From NCBI GenBank assembly GCA_050287085.1, contig JBNKBE010000009.1, forward strand, positions 131,734-195,733: a stretch of DNA of 64,000 nucleotides, given 5' to 3'. Under the pieces are notes generated by a model, which saw nothing but the letters and a program-made list of their open reading frames with translations, ran no database searches and was not told where the DNA came from. The translations under genes were made by a program, and so were the position numbers. This DNA comes from Polyangiaceae bacterium (GTDB lineage: Bacteria; Myxococcota_A; Polyangia; Polyangiales; Polyangiaceae). Below are positions 29,776 through 39,869 of this stretch, in pieces; position 1 is the stretch's first letter; each line of letters begins with the position of its first letter.

Positions 29776-31506
29776 ATGAGCCACGACAACGCCGATCCGA
29801 AGCCGCCACCAAAGCTGAGGTTGGGTGATGCAAAACCCACCTCGAGTGGGCTAAAGATCGTGACTATTGCGCCGCGAAGCGGCACCCAACACCAAGTGCC
29901 GCCTTCTGAGCCCAGTGGCGGACGGCTACGTCCCCCCCCGCCCCCCGTGCGCCGACCCACGCCACCCGAGGCAGCGGCCCCCCCGAAGCCGCCATTGGCA
30001 GGCGAAGAACGGGAACTGCCAACCCCGGTGGGGGACCCCTACCTCGGATGCACGATCGATAAGCGCTACAAGGTAGAAGCGCTCTTGGGGGAAGGCGGCA
30101 TGGGCGTGGTGTATCGCTGCCGCCACAAGATTATCGACAAGCAGGTCGCGCTGAAGATCCTCCGCGCTGACCTGGCTCGCGACAAAGAGGTGACCGAGCG
30201 TTTCTTGATCGAAGCCAAAGCCGCCTCTTCCATCGGCAACGATCACATCATCGATATCAGCGACTTCGGTCAACTCCCGGACGGCTCCGCGTACTTCGTG
30301 ATGGAGTTCTTGGAGGGAGTGCCGCTGGCCGCCGCCATTTCTCCGGGAATGCGGATGCCAGCGGAGCGCATCGTGCACATCGCGATGCAGCTATGCGACG
30401 GCCTGGCCGCCGCACACGCCGCCGGGATCGTCCATCGTGACCTGAAGCCGGACAACATCTACTTGGTGCCGCGTGGCCTTGAAAAAGACTACATCAAGAT
30501 ACTCGACTTCGGCATCGCCAAGGTCACCAATCAGGCGACGGGTAAGCTCACGCAGGCTGGTTCCATCTTTGGTACGCCGCACTACATGTCGCCTGAACAG
30601 GCTGCAGGTGCTCCGGTAGACCATACGGGCGACATCTATTCGCTAGGCGTTATTCTTTACGAACTCTCCAGCGGTAGGGTTCCCTTCGACGCCGACAACT
30701 TCATGGGTATCCTGACCCAGCACATGTACAAGGCCCCCGAGCGCATCACGAACCCAAGCGAGGGGCAGGGTGTACCGCCGGGCTTGGAGGCGATCATCCT
30801 CAAGTGCATGTCCAAACGTCCCGAGCAGCGCTACCAGAGCATGCTCGAACTCCGCGAGGACCTGCAGCGTTTGCGGGAAAACGCTGTCCCCAATGCCGTA
30901 GAAGAATTGGTGGCCCGGGCGGACGGCTTCAATGTTCCGGCCGATTTCTTCGCCCCGAGCCAACCGGTCGTGGCGACTGATCTCGACCTGACTTTCGCCA
31001 AGAAGCCCTCGCGCAAGTGGTTGTGGCTATTCGCTCTGGTGCCGGCCGCCGCGGCCGCGGGCGGGCTGTTGTTCAATCGCACGCCGGCTTCGCCGCCACG
31101 CGCTGCGGGTGCTGCCGTCGCTAAAGCGACGAACACGACAACACGTCAGGTGGCCCCAAGCGCTGCCCTGAGAGCGACGCCGACGCGACAGGTGGTCATC
31201 GGCATTGAGCCGGCCGAAGCTCACGCGTTCAGTGGAAACCACGACCTGGGTGCCAATCCCATCGTCGTCAACGTTCCGGAGGGCGAAACGATGACGCTTG
31301 AAGTCCGTCACAGCGGCTACCATAGCGAGACGTTGGTGCTCACCGGCGACGAGGAAAAGCTGGCCGTGAGCCTAGAGCGGAAGCGCGCCAAGTGGCGCCC
31401 CGCGAAAGCGCACAAGCCGGGACAGAAGCGAACCGTCAAAGCCGCTGGCGCGGGCTCCAAAGGCAGCGCGATCGACAACGGCGAAATCGTCAATCCCTGG
31501 GATTGA
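29776..31506 (+). CDS. Hanks-type Ser/Thr protein kinase with TM and PEGA-like domain
   Basis: GEGGMGVVY, VALK, HRDLKPDN, DFG, GTPHYMSPE, TM helix; start reset to ATG 29776. Confidence 0.93.
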   Translation: MSHDNADPKPPPKLRLGDAKPTSSGLKIVTIAPRSGTQHQVPPSEPSGGRLRPPPPPVRRPTPPEAAAPPKPPLAGEERELPTPVGDPYLGCTIDKRYKVEALLGEGGMGVVYRCRHKIIDKQVALKILRADLARDKEVTERFLIEAKAASSIGNDHIIDISDFGQLPDGSAYFVMEFLEGVPLAAAISPGMRMPAERIVHIAMQLCDGLAAAHAAGIVHRDLKPDNIYLVPRGLEKDYIKILDFGIAKVTNQATGKLTQAGSIFGTPHYMSPEQAAGAPVDHTGDIYSLGVILYELSSGRVPFDADNFMGILTQHMYKAPERITNPSEGQGVPPGLEAIILKCMSKRPEQRYQSMLELREDLQRLRENAVPNAVEELVARADGFNVPADFFAPSQPVVATDLDLTFAKKPSRKWLWLFALVPAAAAAGGLLFNRTPASPPRAAGAAVAKATNTTTRQVAPSAALRATPTRQVVIGIEPAEAHAFSGNHDLGANPIVVNVPEGETMTLEVRHSGYHSETLVLTGDEEKLAVSLERKRAKWRPAKAHKPGQKRTVKAAGAGSKGSAIDNGEIVNPWD

Positions 31507-31576
31507 TGACTCTTGCGGTGCTCCGAGGCGCAAGGGAAACCCCAATCCCTGGGTGCGATGAGTTAGGTTACGCCGC

Positions 31577-32980
31577 GTGATGGGTCGAAAGTTGGAACAG
31601 TGGCTTCCGGACGCGGTTCGGCAAATCGCCAATCGCCTTCACGACAACGGGTTCAAGGCGTGGGTGGTGGGCGGTTGCGTTCGCGACTCGTTGCTCGCCG
31701 AAGCGGGCGGCGACTTCGGTTCACCCGAAGACTGGGACCTCGCGACCGATGCACGTCCTGAAGAGGTCATTCGCTTATTTCGTCGAGTCATCCCCACTGG
31801 ACTCGAACACGGCACCGTGACAGTTCTCATCGACAAGCAGGGGTACGAGGTCACGACGCTGCGCGGCAACGAGATCTACACGGATGGCCGGCGTCCCGAC
31901 TCCGTTGATTTCGTGACCGATATCGATGCCGACCTATTGCGACGCGACTTCACCGTCAACGCGATCGCCTACGATCCCCTGACCGGAAGCTGGCGTGATC
32001 CATTCGGGGGAATGGCGGACCTCAAGTCTCGAGTCCTGCGCGCGGTGGGGGATCCAGCGGCCCGCTTTGCCGAGGACGGTTTGCGAGTGCTGCGAGGAGC
32101 GCGCTTTTCCGCCACGCTCGAGTTCGACTTCGAAGACCGCACGCGAGCAGCCATAGCCCCCTCCCTCGCGAGCTACCAACGGGTCAGCGCAGAGCGGATT
32201 CGGGACGAATGGCTCAAGACCATGAAAGCGCGGAAGCCGAGCCGCGCCTTCGAGGTGATGAAAGACGAAGGGCTGCTGGCCATCACCGCGCCCGAGCTCA
32301 TGGCCTCGGTAGGCTGCGAGCAGAATCGCTATCACGCCTTTGATGTCTGGGGTCATACAATGGCGTGCCTCGACGCCTGTCCGGCGTCACCCGTGCTGAG
32401 GATGGCGGGACTACTCCACGACGTGGGCAAGCCAAAGAGCCGTGAGTTCAACACCGACAAGCAGGACTACACCTTCCACAATCACGAACTCATTGGGGCG
32501 GACATGGCGGCTCCAATGCTTTCTCGTCTGAAGTTCTCCAATGCCGAGCGCTCGAGGATCGTAGCCCTCGTTCGCCACCATCTCATTTGCTATACAGAGG
32601 ATTGGTCGGATTCGGCCGTACGACGCTGGCTGCGTCGCGTTACGCCGGACGTGGCAGAGGATCTATACTTGCTGGGACGCGCGGACGCGCTGGGCAAGGG
32701 TAAGCCCGACGCCTTGTCACTGCAACGTATAGACCAACTACAACAACATGTAGAACGACTGCTGGCGGAAGGGGCGGCTCTATCCACGGCCGACCTCGCC
32801 ATTCGGGGTGGGGACCTGCTCAACGAGCTTGGACTTCGACCCGGGCCGGTCATCGGTGCCGTATTGCGCCAGCTGCTCGAGGAAGTCACGGACGACCCCT
32901 CTCGAAACGAACGGTCACGACTGCTCATCCGAGCGCGTGAGCTAGCCGAGCAGACTCAGTCGAGCCGGAAGCTTCCGTAG
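31577..32980 (+). CDS. cca: CCA tRNA nucleotidyltransferase with HD domain
   Basis: VGGCVRD, DWD, intact flexible loop YTDGRRP, RRDFTVNA, EDGLR, ERIRDE, LLHDVGK. Confidence 0.9.
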   Translation: MMGRKLEQWLPDAVRQIANRLHDNGFKAWVVGGCVRDSLLAEAGGDFGSPEDWDLATDARPEEVIRLFRRVIPTGLEHGTVTVLIDKQGYEVTTLRGNEIYTDGRRPDSVDFVTDIDADLLRRDFTVNAIAYDPLTGSWRDPFGGMADLKSRVLRAVGDPAARFAEDGLRVLRGARFSATLEFDFEDRTRAAIAPSLASYQRVSAERIRDEWLKTMKARKPSRAFEVMKDEGLLAITAPELMASVGCEQNRYHAFDVWGHTMACLDACPASPVLRMAGLLHDVGKPKSREFNTDKQDYTFHNHELIGADMAAPMLSRLKFSNAERSRIVALVRHHLICYTEDWSDSAVRRWLRRVTPDVAEDLYLLGRADALGKGKPDALSLQRIDQLQQHVERLLAEGAALSTADLAIRGGDLLNELGLRPGPVIGAVLRQLLEEVTDDPSRNERSRLLIRARELAEQTQSSRKLP

Positions 32981-33017
32981 CAGAAAACGACCTGGTCGGC
33001 GTCTGGCCGACCAGGTC
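32981..33017 (-). terminator. Intrinsic terminator of ftsH (possibly bidirectional)
   Basis: Perfect 12-bp stem GACCTGGTCGGC/GCCGACCAGGTC (32989-33017), 5-nt loop, followed by GTTTTCTG on the minus strand. Confidence 0.8.
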
Positions 33018-33029
33018 ATGACTTGCGAC

Positions 33030-34964
33030 CTATCCCGCCGCAGGTTTCGGCGCGCCGAAGATGCTGGCAGAGCGCTTCTTCTCCTTCGGATCATCACGCT
33101 TCTCTGCGTAGGTAGGAATGATCACCTTCTCGCGCACGGGCAGCTCTGCCCCCGCCATCGCGGCGTCAATTTCCTCGCCGTCGATGGTCTCACGCTCGAG
33201 CAAGGCCTCCGCCACCCCGTCCAGCTTTCGGCGCTGTTCGGTGAGAAGACGCCGCACCAGCGCCAGCTGCGTATCGATGATGGACCGCACCTCGCGGTCG
33301 ATCTCCTGCGCAGTCTCCTCCGAAACGTGTTCACTTCGCGACGTCATTTCTCGCCCCAGGAATACGTTCTGCTCGCCATCGTTGTAGGCAATCGGGCCGA
33401 GCTTGTCGCTCATTCCAAGCTCACACACCATGGCCCGCGCCATTCGAGTAGCGCGCTTGATGTCGTCCGAAGCGCCGCTTGTGATTTCGTCGAACACCAC
33501 CTCTTCCGCAACGCGTCCGCCGAGCAGGGTCGCGATCTTGGCCATGAGCTCCTTCTTGCTCATGGTGTGGCGGTCTTCGATCGGCAGAAACTGCGTTACT
33601 CCGAGCGCGGCACCGCGAGGAATGATCGATACCTTGTGAACCGAGTCAGCCCCCTCCACCAGCTTGCCGATCACGGTGTGTCCCGCCTCATGCCACGCAC
33701 TGATGCGACGCTCTTTCTCGCTCATCACCATGGAACGTCGCTCCGGCCCCATCAGCACTTTGTCTTTGGCCAACTCGAAGTCGACCATGCTGACAACGTC
33801 CTTGTCCTGCCGTGCCGCAAGTAGCGCGGCCTCATTGACGAGGTTCTCTAGGTCCGCACCGACGAAACCGGGGGTTCCCGACGCGATAATGGTTAGGTTG
33901 ACGTCTTTGCCCAGCGGCACCTTGCGAGTGTGTACAGCCAGGATCCCTTCGCGGCCGCGAATGTCGGGCCGCGCGACCGTGATGCGGCGATCGAAACGAC
34001 CCGGGCGCAAGATCGCAGGGTCCAGCACATCGGGACGGTTGGTCGCAGCGATGATGATGACGCCCTCGTTATGCTCGAAGCCATCCATCTCCACGAGCAA
34101 TTGATTGAGCGTCTGCTCACGCTCGTCATGTCCTCCCCCGAGACCTGCACCACGATGCCGTCCGACGGCGTCGATTTCATCGATGAAGATGATGCAAGGC
34201 GCGTGCTTCTTGCCCTGCTCGAATAAGTCGCGCACCCGGCTAGCACCGACACCCACGAACATCTCAACGAAGTCCGAACCGGAGATGCTGAAGAACGGCA
34301 CGCCAGCCTCACCCGCAATCGCGCGAGCAAGCAGCGTCTTGCCCGTACCAGGCGGACCCACCATCAACACGCCCTTGGGAATGCGACCCCCGAGACGCTG
34401 AAACTTCTTGGGATCCTGCAGGAACGCGATGATCTCTTCGACCTCGTCCTTGGCTTCATCGGCCCCGGCCACGTCGGCAAACGTGATCTTGTTTTGCGCC
34501 TCGTTGAGCATGCGCGCCTTGCTCTTGCCAAAGCTCATGGCTTTGCCGCCCCCAGCCTGTAGCTGCCTCATGAAGAGGTAGAACATGACAAGCAGGAAGA
34601 GCATCGGAAGCAAGACCGTCAGCGTCGTTGCAAGATACGGATTGCCCTCTTCTTCCAAGTACTCGGTCTTGATCTTGTTCTTGATCAAAGACTGCACCAA
34701 CTCGTCGCTGGTAACGGGACCTACCGAGATTCCCCGTTCGAGCGCTTTGGTATTCGGATCGCGAATCTCAAAGCGATACTCGCGATCTTGTATCTTCACC
34801 GACTCGACGTGCAGTTGATCCTTGGGGGCTTCAACCAACGCCACGAACTCGCTGAACGCCATCGGCTTGCGATGGGGCTCGCTCGGATTGACCAATTGCC
34901 AAATGGCCAGGAACGCGACGATAAGGACCACCCACAGGAGCAGTGTTTTTTGTGGTTGCTTCAC
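33030..34964 (-). CDS. ftsH: ATP-dependent zinc metalloprotease FtsH
   Basis: Two [45 protein letters not shown]. Confidence 0.99.
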   Translation of the reverse strand: MKQPQKTLLLWVVLIVAFLAIWQLVNPSEPHRKPMAFSEFVALVEAPKDQLHVESVKIQDREYRFEIRDPNTKALERGISVGPVTSDELVQSLIKNKIKTEYLEEEGNPYLATTLTVLLPMLFLLVMFYLFMRQLQAGGGKAMSFGKSKARMLNEAQNKITFADVAGADEAKDEVEEIIAFLQDPKKFQRLGGRIPKGVLMVGPPGTGKTLLARAIAGEAGVPFFSISGSDFVEMFVGVGASRVRDLFEQGKKHAPCIIFIDEIDAVGRHRGAGLGGGHDEREQTLNQLLVEMDGFEHNEGVIIIAATNRPDVLDPAILRPGRFDRRITVARPDIRGREGILAVHTRKVPLGKDVNLTIIASGTPGFVGADLENLVNEAALLAARQDKDVVSMVDFELAKDKVLMGPERRSMVMSEKERRISAWHEAGHTVIGKLVEGADSVHKVSIIPRGAALGVTQFLPIEDRHTMSKKELMAKIATLLGGRVAEEVVFDEITSGASDDIKRATRMARAMVCELGMSDKLGPIAYNDGEQNVFLGREMTSRSEHVSEETAQEIDREVRSIIDTQLALVRRLLTEQRRKLDGVAEALLERETIDGEEIDAAMAGAELPVREKVIIPTYAEKRDDPKEKKRSASIFGAPKPAAG

Positions 34965-35087
34965 CAGAGAACCTCAGCAGAAACGGAGAGCCGCCGCCGG
35001 GAAGCCGGCGGTGAATTGAGAACTATACAGCGTAACGGACTGCTTGTGGGGCTTTTACAGGCCGTTCGTAAGTGCATTTGGCCCGGA

Positions 35088-35981
35088 TCATGGGCTATCG
35101 CCTGCTTTTTGTTTCTGCTCCAACTCTTCCACCCTCGGCTGGCCAGTCCGCGGACACAGACGTACAACTTTGCCGGCTTTGAGCCGTATCTCCAGGCGTC
35201 GATTGTCGGTGTCGAGCGCCCGCCGCAGAGCTTCGCGTTGCCCCCGCCCGAGACGAATCTCTTCCCCGCATGCGTCGTAGAGCGTGGGCAGCTCAGCAGC
35301 GCCGAACTCCTCGGCGAGGGCGGCGAGATGCGACGCGACCGAGGGCGACAGCTCACGCAGCAACGGCATCAGCTCTTGGCGAATGCGAACTCGCAGGTAG
35401 CGCGCATCCCGATTGGAGGGGTCGCTCGCAAAGGGGATCGAGAAACGGGCCAAATGCGCCTCGACTTCGCCTTTCGACACAAAAATCATCGGACGTAGCA
35501 GCAGGCCCGAACGTGGTGGCAACACGCCCAACCCCCGCGGCGCCGCGCCGCGCAGGATGCGGATGAGGACCGTCTCCGCCCGATCCTCGAGCTGGTGCGC
35601 CGTCGCCAAGTAGCGAATTCCCAACCTATTTCGCACTTCGTGCAGCGCGGCATAACGCGCCTCGCGAGCCCGTGCCTGCAAGTTGCCGCCCGGCTCTACG
35701 CTCAGCGCGTGCCGGTAGAAGGGCACACCCCACCGCTGGGCATGCTCTGCTGCGAGGTCGAGCTCCGCCCCGGCCTCGGCGCGAAGCCCGTGATCGATGC
35801 CACACGCCGCGACGCTCAGCTCGAGTTCAGGACCAAGCCTAGAAAATGCATGCAGCAGCGCCATGCTGTCGCCGCCGCCGGAGACGGCCACCAGCACGCT
35901 ATCTCCCCCCTGCAGACCGCAGCGCTCGCGGAGAGTGCGGCGAACGCGGGTCAGGAGGCCCGGTGGATGCGAGCGCGTCAC
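35088..35981 (-). CDS. tilS: tRNA(Ile)-lysidine synthetase (short form)
   Basis: PP-loop AVSGGGDS, AREARY, TAHQLEDRAET, DPSN; canonical position upstream of ftsH. Confidence 0.95.
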   Translation of the reverse strand: MTRSHPPGLLTRVRRTLRERCGLQGGDSVLVAVSGGGDSMALLHAFSRLGPELELSVAACGIDHGLRAEAGAELDLAAEHAQRWGVPFYRHALSVEPGGNLQARAREARYAALHEVRNRLGIRYLATAHQLEDRAETVLIRILRGAAPRGLGVLPPRSGLLLRPMIFVSKGEVEAHLARFSIPFASDPSNRDARYLRVRIRQELMPLLRELSPSVASHLAALAEEFGAAELPTLYDACGEEIRLGRGQREALRRALDTDNRRLEIRLKAGKVVRLCPRTGQPRVEELEQKQKAGDSP

Positions 35982-36172
35982 AGCAGCTCAAACCGCTTGC
36001 AAAACACCACGCTACCCGCCTCTGGCACCTCGCGAGCGAGATGCTCGGCGTTGGGGAAGCATTCCGAACAGCGCATTTGTTCCGGGTCGTGGTACACGCA
36101 ATCGGCACAGCCAAAGCGCAGTCGGAATCGGGTCGCTTCTTGGACCAAGGTTGGGTCGACGGGCGTGCGCAT
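35978..36172 (-). CDS. Small Cys-rich protein (CxxCxxH...CxxC...FC)
   Basis: 64 aa with 5 Cys; stop overlaps the tilS start (GTGA). Confidence 0.75.
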   Translation of the reverse strand: MRTPVDPTLVQEATRFRLRFGCADCVYHDPEQMRCSECFPNAEHLAREVPEAGSVVFCKRFELL

Positions 36173-36217
36173 GGCGCCATGCGATACCGCCGCCGGCGTG
36201 GAGACGCAAGCGGACCG

Positions 36218-37303
36218 CTAACAGCCGCTTTGTATCAGGCCGCCCCCAAGCACGCGCTCCCCCTCATAGAAGACGGCCACTTGCCCGCTGACCACGGCCC
36301 GCACGGGCTCGTCAAAACGCACATGAACGGCCGAATTCTCGCCGATTTCAACCACCGCTGGGTGAGGCTGCCCGCGGTAGCGCACGGCCACTTGACAGCG
36401 CAGCGGCAAGCGCTGATCGGGCGCCAGCACACACTCGTCGAGGCGCGCTTCGCGGCACAGCAATGCTTCCTCGCGCCCCAAATGCACAGCTCCGCTTTCG
36501 GCATCCACGCGCGTTACGTAAACGCGCTCCCCCAGCGCCACGCCCAAGTTCTTGCGCTGCCCCACCGTGAAGCGATGGACACCACCATGCCGTCCAACCT
36601 CTGCGCCATCGGGGCCTAGGATCGGACCGGGGCGGCGGCGGCCATCCGCGCGTGCGTCCACGAACGCGTCATAACGTCCCGAAGGAACGAAACAGAGCTC
36701 CTGGCTTTCACCTTTCGTGGCGCCGGGCAAATCGAGTTCCAGCGCTTCGGCGCGAACCTCCCCTTTGGTGGCCTCCCCCAGGGGAAATAGCAAGCGCTCA
36801 AGCTCGTCCGGACGCAGCATGTGCAAGAAATAGCTCTGATCTTTCTGCACGTCACAGCCCCGCAACAACTCGGGCCCCGCTGCGCCTTGGCGCACGCGCG
36901 CGTAGTGTCCCGTGGCGACCCAGCGCGCGCCCAAACGGTCTGCAACCGCCAACAACTCGCGCATCTTGACGCCGCGATTGCAGCGAACGCAGGGACTCGG
37001 GGTTTGACCCGCGAGATAGGACTCAACAAAAGGCCGCACCACCTCCTGCTCAAAGAGCTCGCGCCGATCGAAAGCGAAGTGGGGGATCCCCAAGGTGTGC
37101 GCGACCCGACTGGCGTCGTGGATGTCCTCGGGAGCACAACACCGCCCTCGCACCGAGCCGTCATCCGGATAGTCCCAAAGGTGTAGCGTAACACCGACCA
37201 CGTCGTAGCCGGCGCGCTGCAAGCGCGCCGCCGCCACGGATGAGTCGACTCCGCCGCTCATCGCAACGATGACCCGGTCTTTCGCGGCTAGACTACCTGC
37301 CAT
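36218..37303 (-). CDS. mnmA: tRNA 2-thiouridine(34) synthase, CxxC (C-type)
   Basis: AMSGGVDSS, PSPCVRCN, ATGHYA, KDQSYFL, ESQELCF, FTVGQRK, GQVAVFY. Confidence 0.98.
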   Translation of the reverse strand: MAGSLAAKDRVIVAMSGGVDSSVAAARLQRAGYDVVGVTLHLWDYPDDGSVRGRCCAPEDIHDASRVAHTLGIPHFAFDRRELFEQEVVRPFVESYLAGQTPSPCVRCNRGVKMRELLAVADRLGARWVATGHYARVRQGAAGPELLRGCDVQKDQSYFLHMLRPDELERLLFPLGEATKGEVRAEALELDLPGATKGESQELCFVPSGRYDAFVDARADGRRRPGPILGPDGAEVGRHGGVHRFTVGQRKNLGVALGERVYVTRVDAESGAVHLGREEALLCREARLDECVLAPDQRLPLRCQVAVRYRGQPHPAVVEIGENSAVHVRFDEPVRAVVSGQVAVFYEGERVLGGGLIQSGC

Positions 37304-37373
37304 GAGACCCCTGCCTTAGGGGCAAGGCGCAAGACAAGTCAATGCGCACGAGCCGCAAACCCTGGGCTGCCCT

Positions 37374-37416
37374 GCCGCAGTCGCCCCCGCCGCAGTCGCC
37401 CCCGCCGCAGTCGCCC
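37374..37416. repeat. 15-bp tandem repeat GCCGCAGTCGCCCCC x2.9, intergenic
   Basis: Read directly; lies just upstream of a candidate mnmA promoter (TTGACT-N18-TAAGGC, minus strand). Confidence 0.9.
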
Positions 37417-37436
37417 GGTCCTGCTGGGGTTCTGCC

Positions 37437-37754
37437 TCATTGCGCCTGCAGCACGCTCTTCACGCCGGAACTGGTGCGCTCCACCAACTTCGCCGCTAGC
37501 TCCACGCTTTCCGAATAGCGATAGATGCCAGCCTGCAGCGCGATCAGGTGGTGGGCGTCGCTGCGAGAGGCGCGCGCCATCGCGTGCTCCACCAGACGCT
37601 CCCCCTCTTGCATCCGCTCCCCGAGCGCCTGCAACACGTCCGCAAAACCAGTACCAGAAACCCGACGCGCCTCGCCCGCCTGGGGCGCGGCGGCGCTCAC
37701 GGCGTGCTGATGGTAGAAAGAGGGCGGGCGAAAGGGAGTTGGATCCATAGTCAC
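37437..37754 (-). CDS. T3SS inner-rod (SctI/YscI/HrpB2)-like small protein
   Basis: C-terminal amphipathic pattern LIALQAGIYRYSESVELAAKLVERTSSGVKSVLQAQ; N-terminal GFADVL. Confidence 0.65.
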   Translation of the reverse strand: MTMDPTPFRPPSFYHQHAVSAAAPQAGEARRVSGTGFADVLQALGERMQEGERLVEHAMARASRSDAHHLIALQAGIYRYSESVELAAKLVERTSSGVKSVLQAQ

Positions 37755-37833
37755 AGCTCGTCACCCCCGCGCCCGAGTTGCGGGAACGCTAGCCCCCAGC
37801 GCTTGCCACACCGTCCGGGCCCTGCCGCACGGC

Positions 37834-38592
37834 CTAGCGTGTCCGCGAAAGCCGCGAGCGCAACCTGTCGATCGCCCGAGAATGCAGGCGGCTCGCCCAG
37901 CTCTTGCTGAGCCCCAGCTCCTCGGCCACGTGGTCGAAACGTTCACCCTCGAAGTAGTGCCGGCGAACCAAGGTCGCTTCCGCGTCCGGAAGCTCCGCGA
38001 TGGCCGCTTTGACTTCGGCCAGCAGCTGCGCGTTTGCAAGTTGCTGCTCGGGGGTAACCCCCGAAGCCACCGCGGTGACCTCCCCCTCCTCACCATAACC
38101 GCGCTCCGCAACCAATCCGAGCGCCATGGCGGTCGCCATGCCGGCCAAGTGCTCGTCGAGACGCCGCTCCGCGTCCTCGGCGCTCGGCGCCGGGGGGCAC
38201 TCTTGACCTTCGCTGTAGAGCATCCCCGACTCCATCGCCCGAAGCGAACGATGCACGCGCCGGGGCAGCTGCCCGTCCCGCCTCAACGCGTCGATCATCG
38301 CGCCGCGGATACGGAAACTAGCATAGCCGCGAAAGGGGACGCCGCGCTCGGGCTCGAATCGTTGGGCGGCGCGAACCAAACCTTCCCGGCCGCTCGCAAC
38401 CAGATCCTCGCGCCGCGCCAAGTTGCCGAGCGAACGAAGCAACTGACTTGCGATCTGCTCGACCAGCTGCAGCCCCTCGCCTACGCGCTGCTCTAGGTCA
38501 CTTGCGCCATAGCTGCCGACGTCTCGACTGCCGGCGTCTCGACTGCCGGCGCCGCTGTCGCTCGCTCCTCCGCTGCTCGCCCCGCTGTGCAC
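37834..38592 (-). CDS. FliA/WhiG (sigma-28)-like sigma-70 factor
   Basis: Region 2 EDLVASGREGL...RFEPERGVPFRGYASFRIRGAMIDALR; region 4 VAEELGLSKSWASRLHSRA; start uncertain. Confidence 0.9.
   Translation of the reverse strand: MHSGASSGGASDSGAGSRDAGSRDVGSYGASDLEQRVGEGLQLVEQIASQLLRSLGNLARREDLVASGREGLVRAAQRFEPERGVPFRGYASFRIRGAMIDALRRDGQLPRRVHRSLRAMESGMLYSEGQECPPAPSAEDAERRLDEHLAGMATAMALGLVAERGYGEEGEVTAVASGVTPEQQLANAQLLAEVKAAIAELPDAEATLVRRHYFEGERFDHVAEELGLSKSWASRLHSRAIDRLRSRLSRTR
38513..38551. repeat. 15-bp imperfect in-frame repeat (GSRDA/GSRDV) at the sigma factor N-terminus
   Basis: CTGCCGACGTCTCGA CTGCCGGCGTCTCGA CTGCCGGCG. Confidence 0.8.
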
Positions 38593-38763
38593 AACAAGCC
38601 GACGCTACCACGGGAGCCGCGACGCTGAAGGTCTGTTTTTTGCGCTTTTTCGTCGCGGCCATCTCCCAGCGGGAGCGCAGCAGCCCCGCGTCGCCAACCA
38701 GCCGGCCCTTCCAAATCCGACAATCGGTGTGCGCCCTGCAGCAGCCCATGCCATAGTCCGGCG

Positions 38764-39357
38764 ATGCTCGCCTGGGGAGTCTTGGCCTACGTTGCGGTGG
38801 GAACGGCCGCCGCCCTGGCCGCATCCCTGTGGCTCGAACGCCCCCTGCTCACCCTGGCTGAGCCCTGGCTGAACCTGGGGGATTGGCTGAGCATTCTCTA
38901 CAGCGCATTGCTCGGAATGACGCTTGCGGTGGTCATCATCTTGGCCTCGCGCGTGGCCGTGCGTCGATATGCTTGGGGCCGGCGGCTGCACGACGATCTG
39001 CGAGCGGTCGCGAGGCAACTCGGCCCTGGTGAGATCGCCGTATTGGCTCTCTGCAGCGGAATCACCGAGGAGCTCGTATTCCGCGGCTTGCTGCAGCCCG
39101 AGGTAGGCCTGCTACCCCAGGCCATTCTATTTGGCTTGGTCCATCAAATGCGCGGTCCCAGTCGCTGGGTTTGGGTCGGCTGGGCCGGAGTTGTCGGCTT
39201 GCTCTTGGGGTTGATATTCCAACTAACCGGCGCACTGCTGGGTCCGCTGCTGGCCCACGTCCTCATCAACTACCAGAACCTGAACTACCTCAAGCACCAT
39301 ACCTCTCAGCCCGCAGCGGTCCCCCTGCGCGGCCTGCTGCGTCGCGGCGATTCCTGA
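38764..39357 (+). CDS. CPBP (type II CAAX/Abi) intramembrane metalloprotease
   Basis: EELVFRG, FGLVH, AHVLIN motifs. Confidence 0.92.
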   Translation: MLAWGVLAYVAVGTAAALAASLWLERPLLTLAEPWLNLGDWLSILYSALLGMTLAVVIILASRVAVRRYAWGRRLHDDLRAVARQLGPGEIAVLALCSGITEELVFRGLLQPEVGLLPQAILFGLVHQMRGPSRWVWVGWAGVVGLLLGLIFQLTGALLGPLLAHVLINYQNLNYLKHHTSQPAAVPLRGLLRRGDS

Positions 39358-39367
39358 AAGCGAAGTC

Positions 39368-39853
39368 ATGAGTGCGACCCTATGGTTCTGGTTTGGTCTA
39401 GCGCTCTGCGTTTCTGAGCTACTAATCCCTGGGCTTGTCGTCATCTTTCTAGGGCTGGCCGCTCTGTGCGTCGCGTTGTGCACCTACTTGGGCTGGCTGC
39501 TGGACGTCAATCCGCAGCTCACCGCCTGGTTCGGCATCTCTCTGGCCATGGTCCTTGGCCTTCGGCGTTTTGTGGAAGAGCTGCTCCCAGGTGAAAGGGA
39601 GCGGGTCGACACCGACGAAGATCGCAAGCGACTCGGACTCCGCGTGGTCGTCACCGAAGCGTGTGACGCAGAGACCGGCCTAGGACGAGTGTTGGTCGAC
39701 GGAGTTGAATGGGCCGCACAGATCCGCAGCGGAACACTCACCAAAGGTCAACACGCCGTCGTACGCGGACGCGACAACCTAACCCTATTAGTCGAAGCGG
39801 CGCCTGACGAGGCCCCAGCGTCGCCCCCTTTTCACCCAACCCATCCTTCATGA
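39368..39853 (+). CDS. Short NfeD/YbbJ-family membrane protein (OB fold)
   Basis: W...GL.L...ELLIPG TM region; GRVLVDGVEWAA OB fold; upstream of SPFH genes. Confidence 0.9.
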   Translation: MSATLWFWFGLALCVSELLIPGLVVIFLGLAALCVALCTYLGWLLDVNPQLTAWFGISLAMVLGLRRFVEELLPGERERVDTDEDRKRLGLRVVVTEACDAETGLGRVLVDGVEWAAQIRSGTLTKGQHAVVRGRDNLTLLVEAAPDEAPASPPFHPTHPS

Positions 39854-39869
39854 ATAAGCCAGCAACACC

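Noticed and set aside
31577..32980. CC-adding-only enzyme or poly(A) polymerase
   Set aside because: Flexible loop, EDxxR and ERxxxE motifs are intact, consistent with full CCA addition
11351..37416. Short repeats as a CRISPR array
   Set aside because: Units are head-to-tail with no unique spacers, and there are no cas genes
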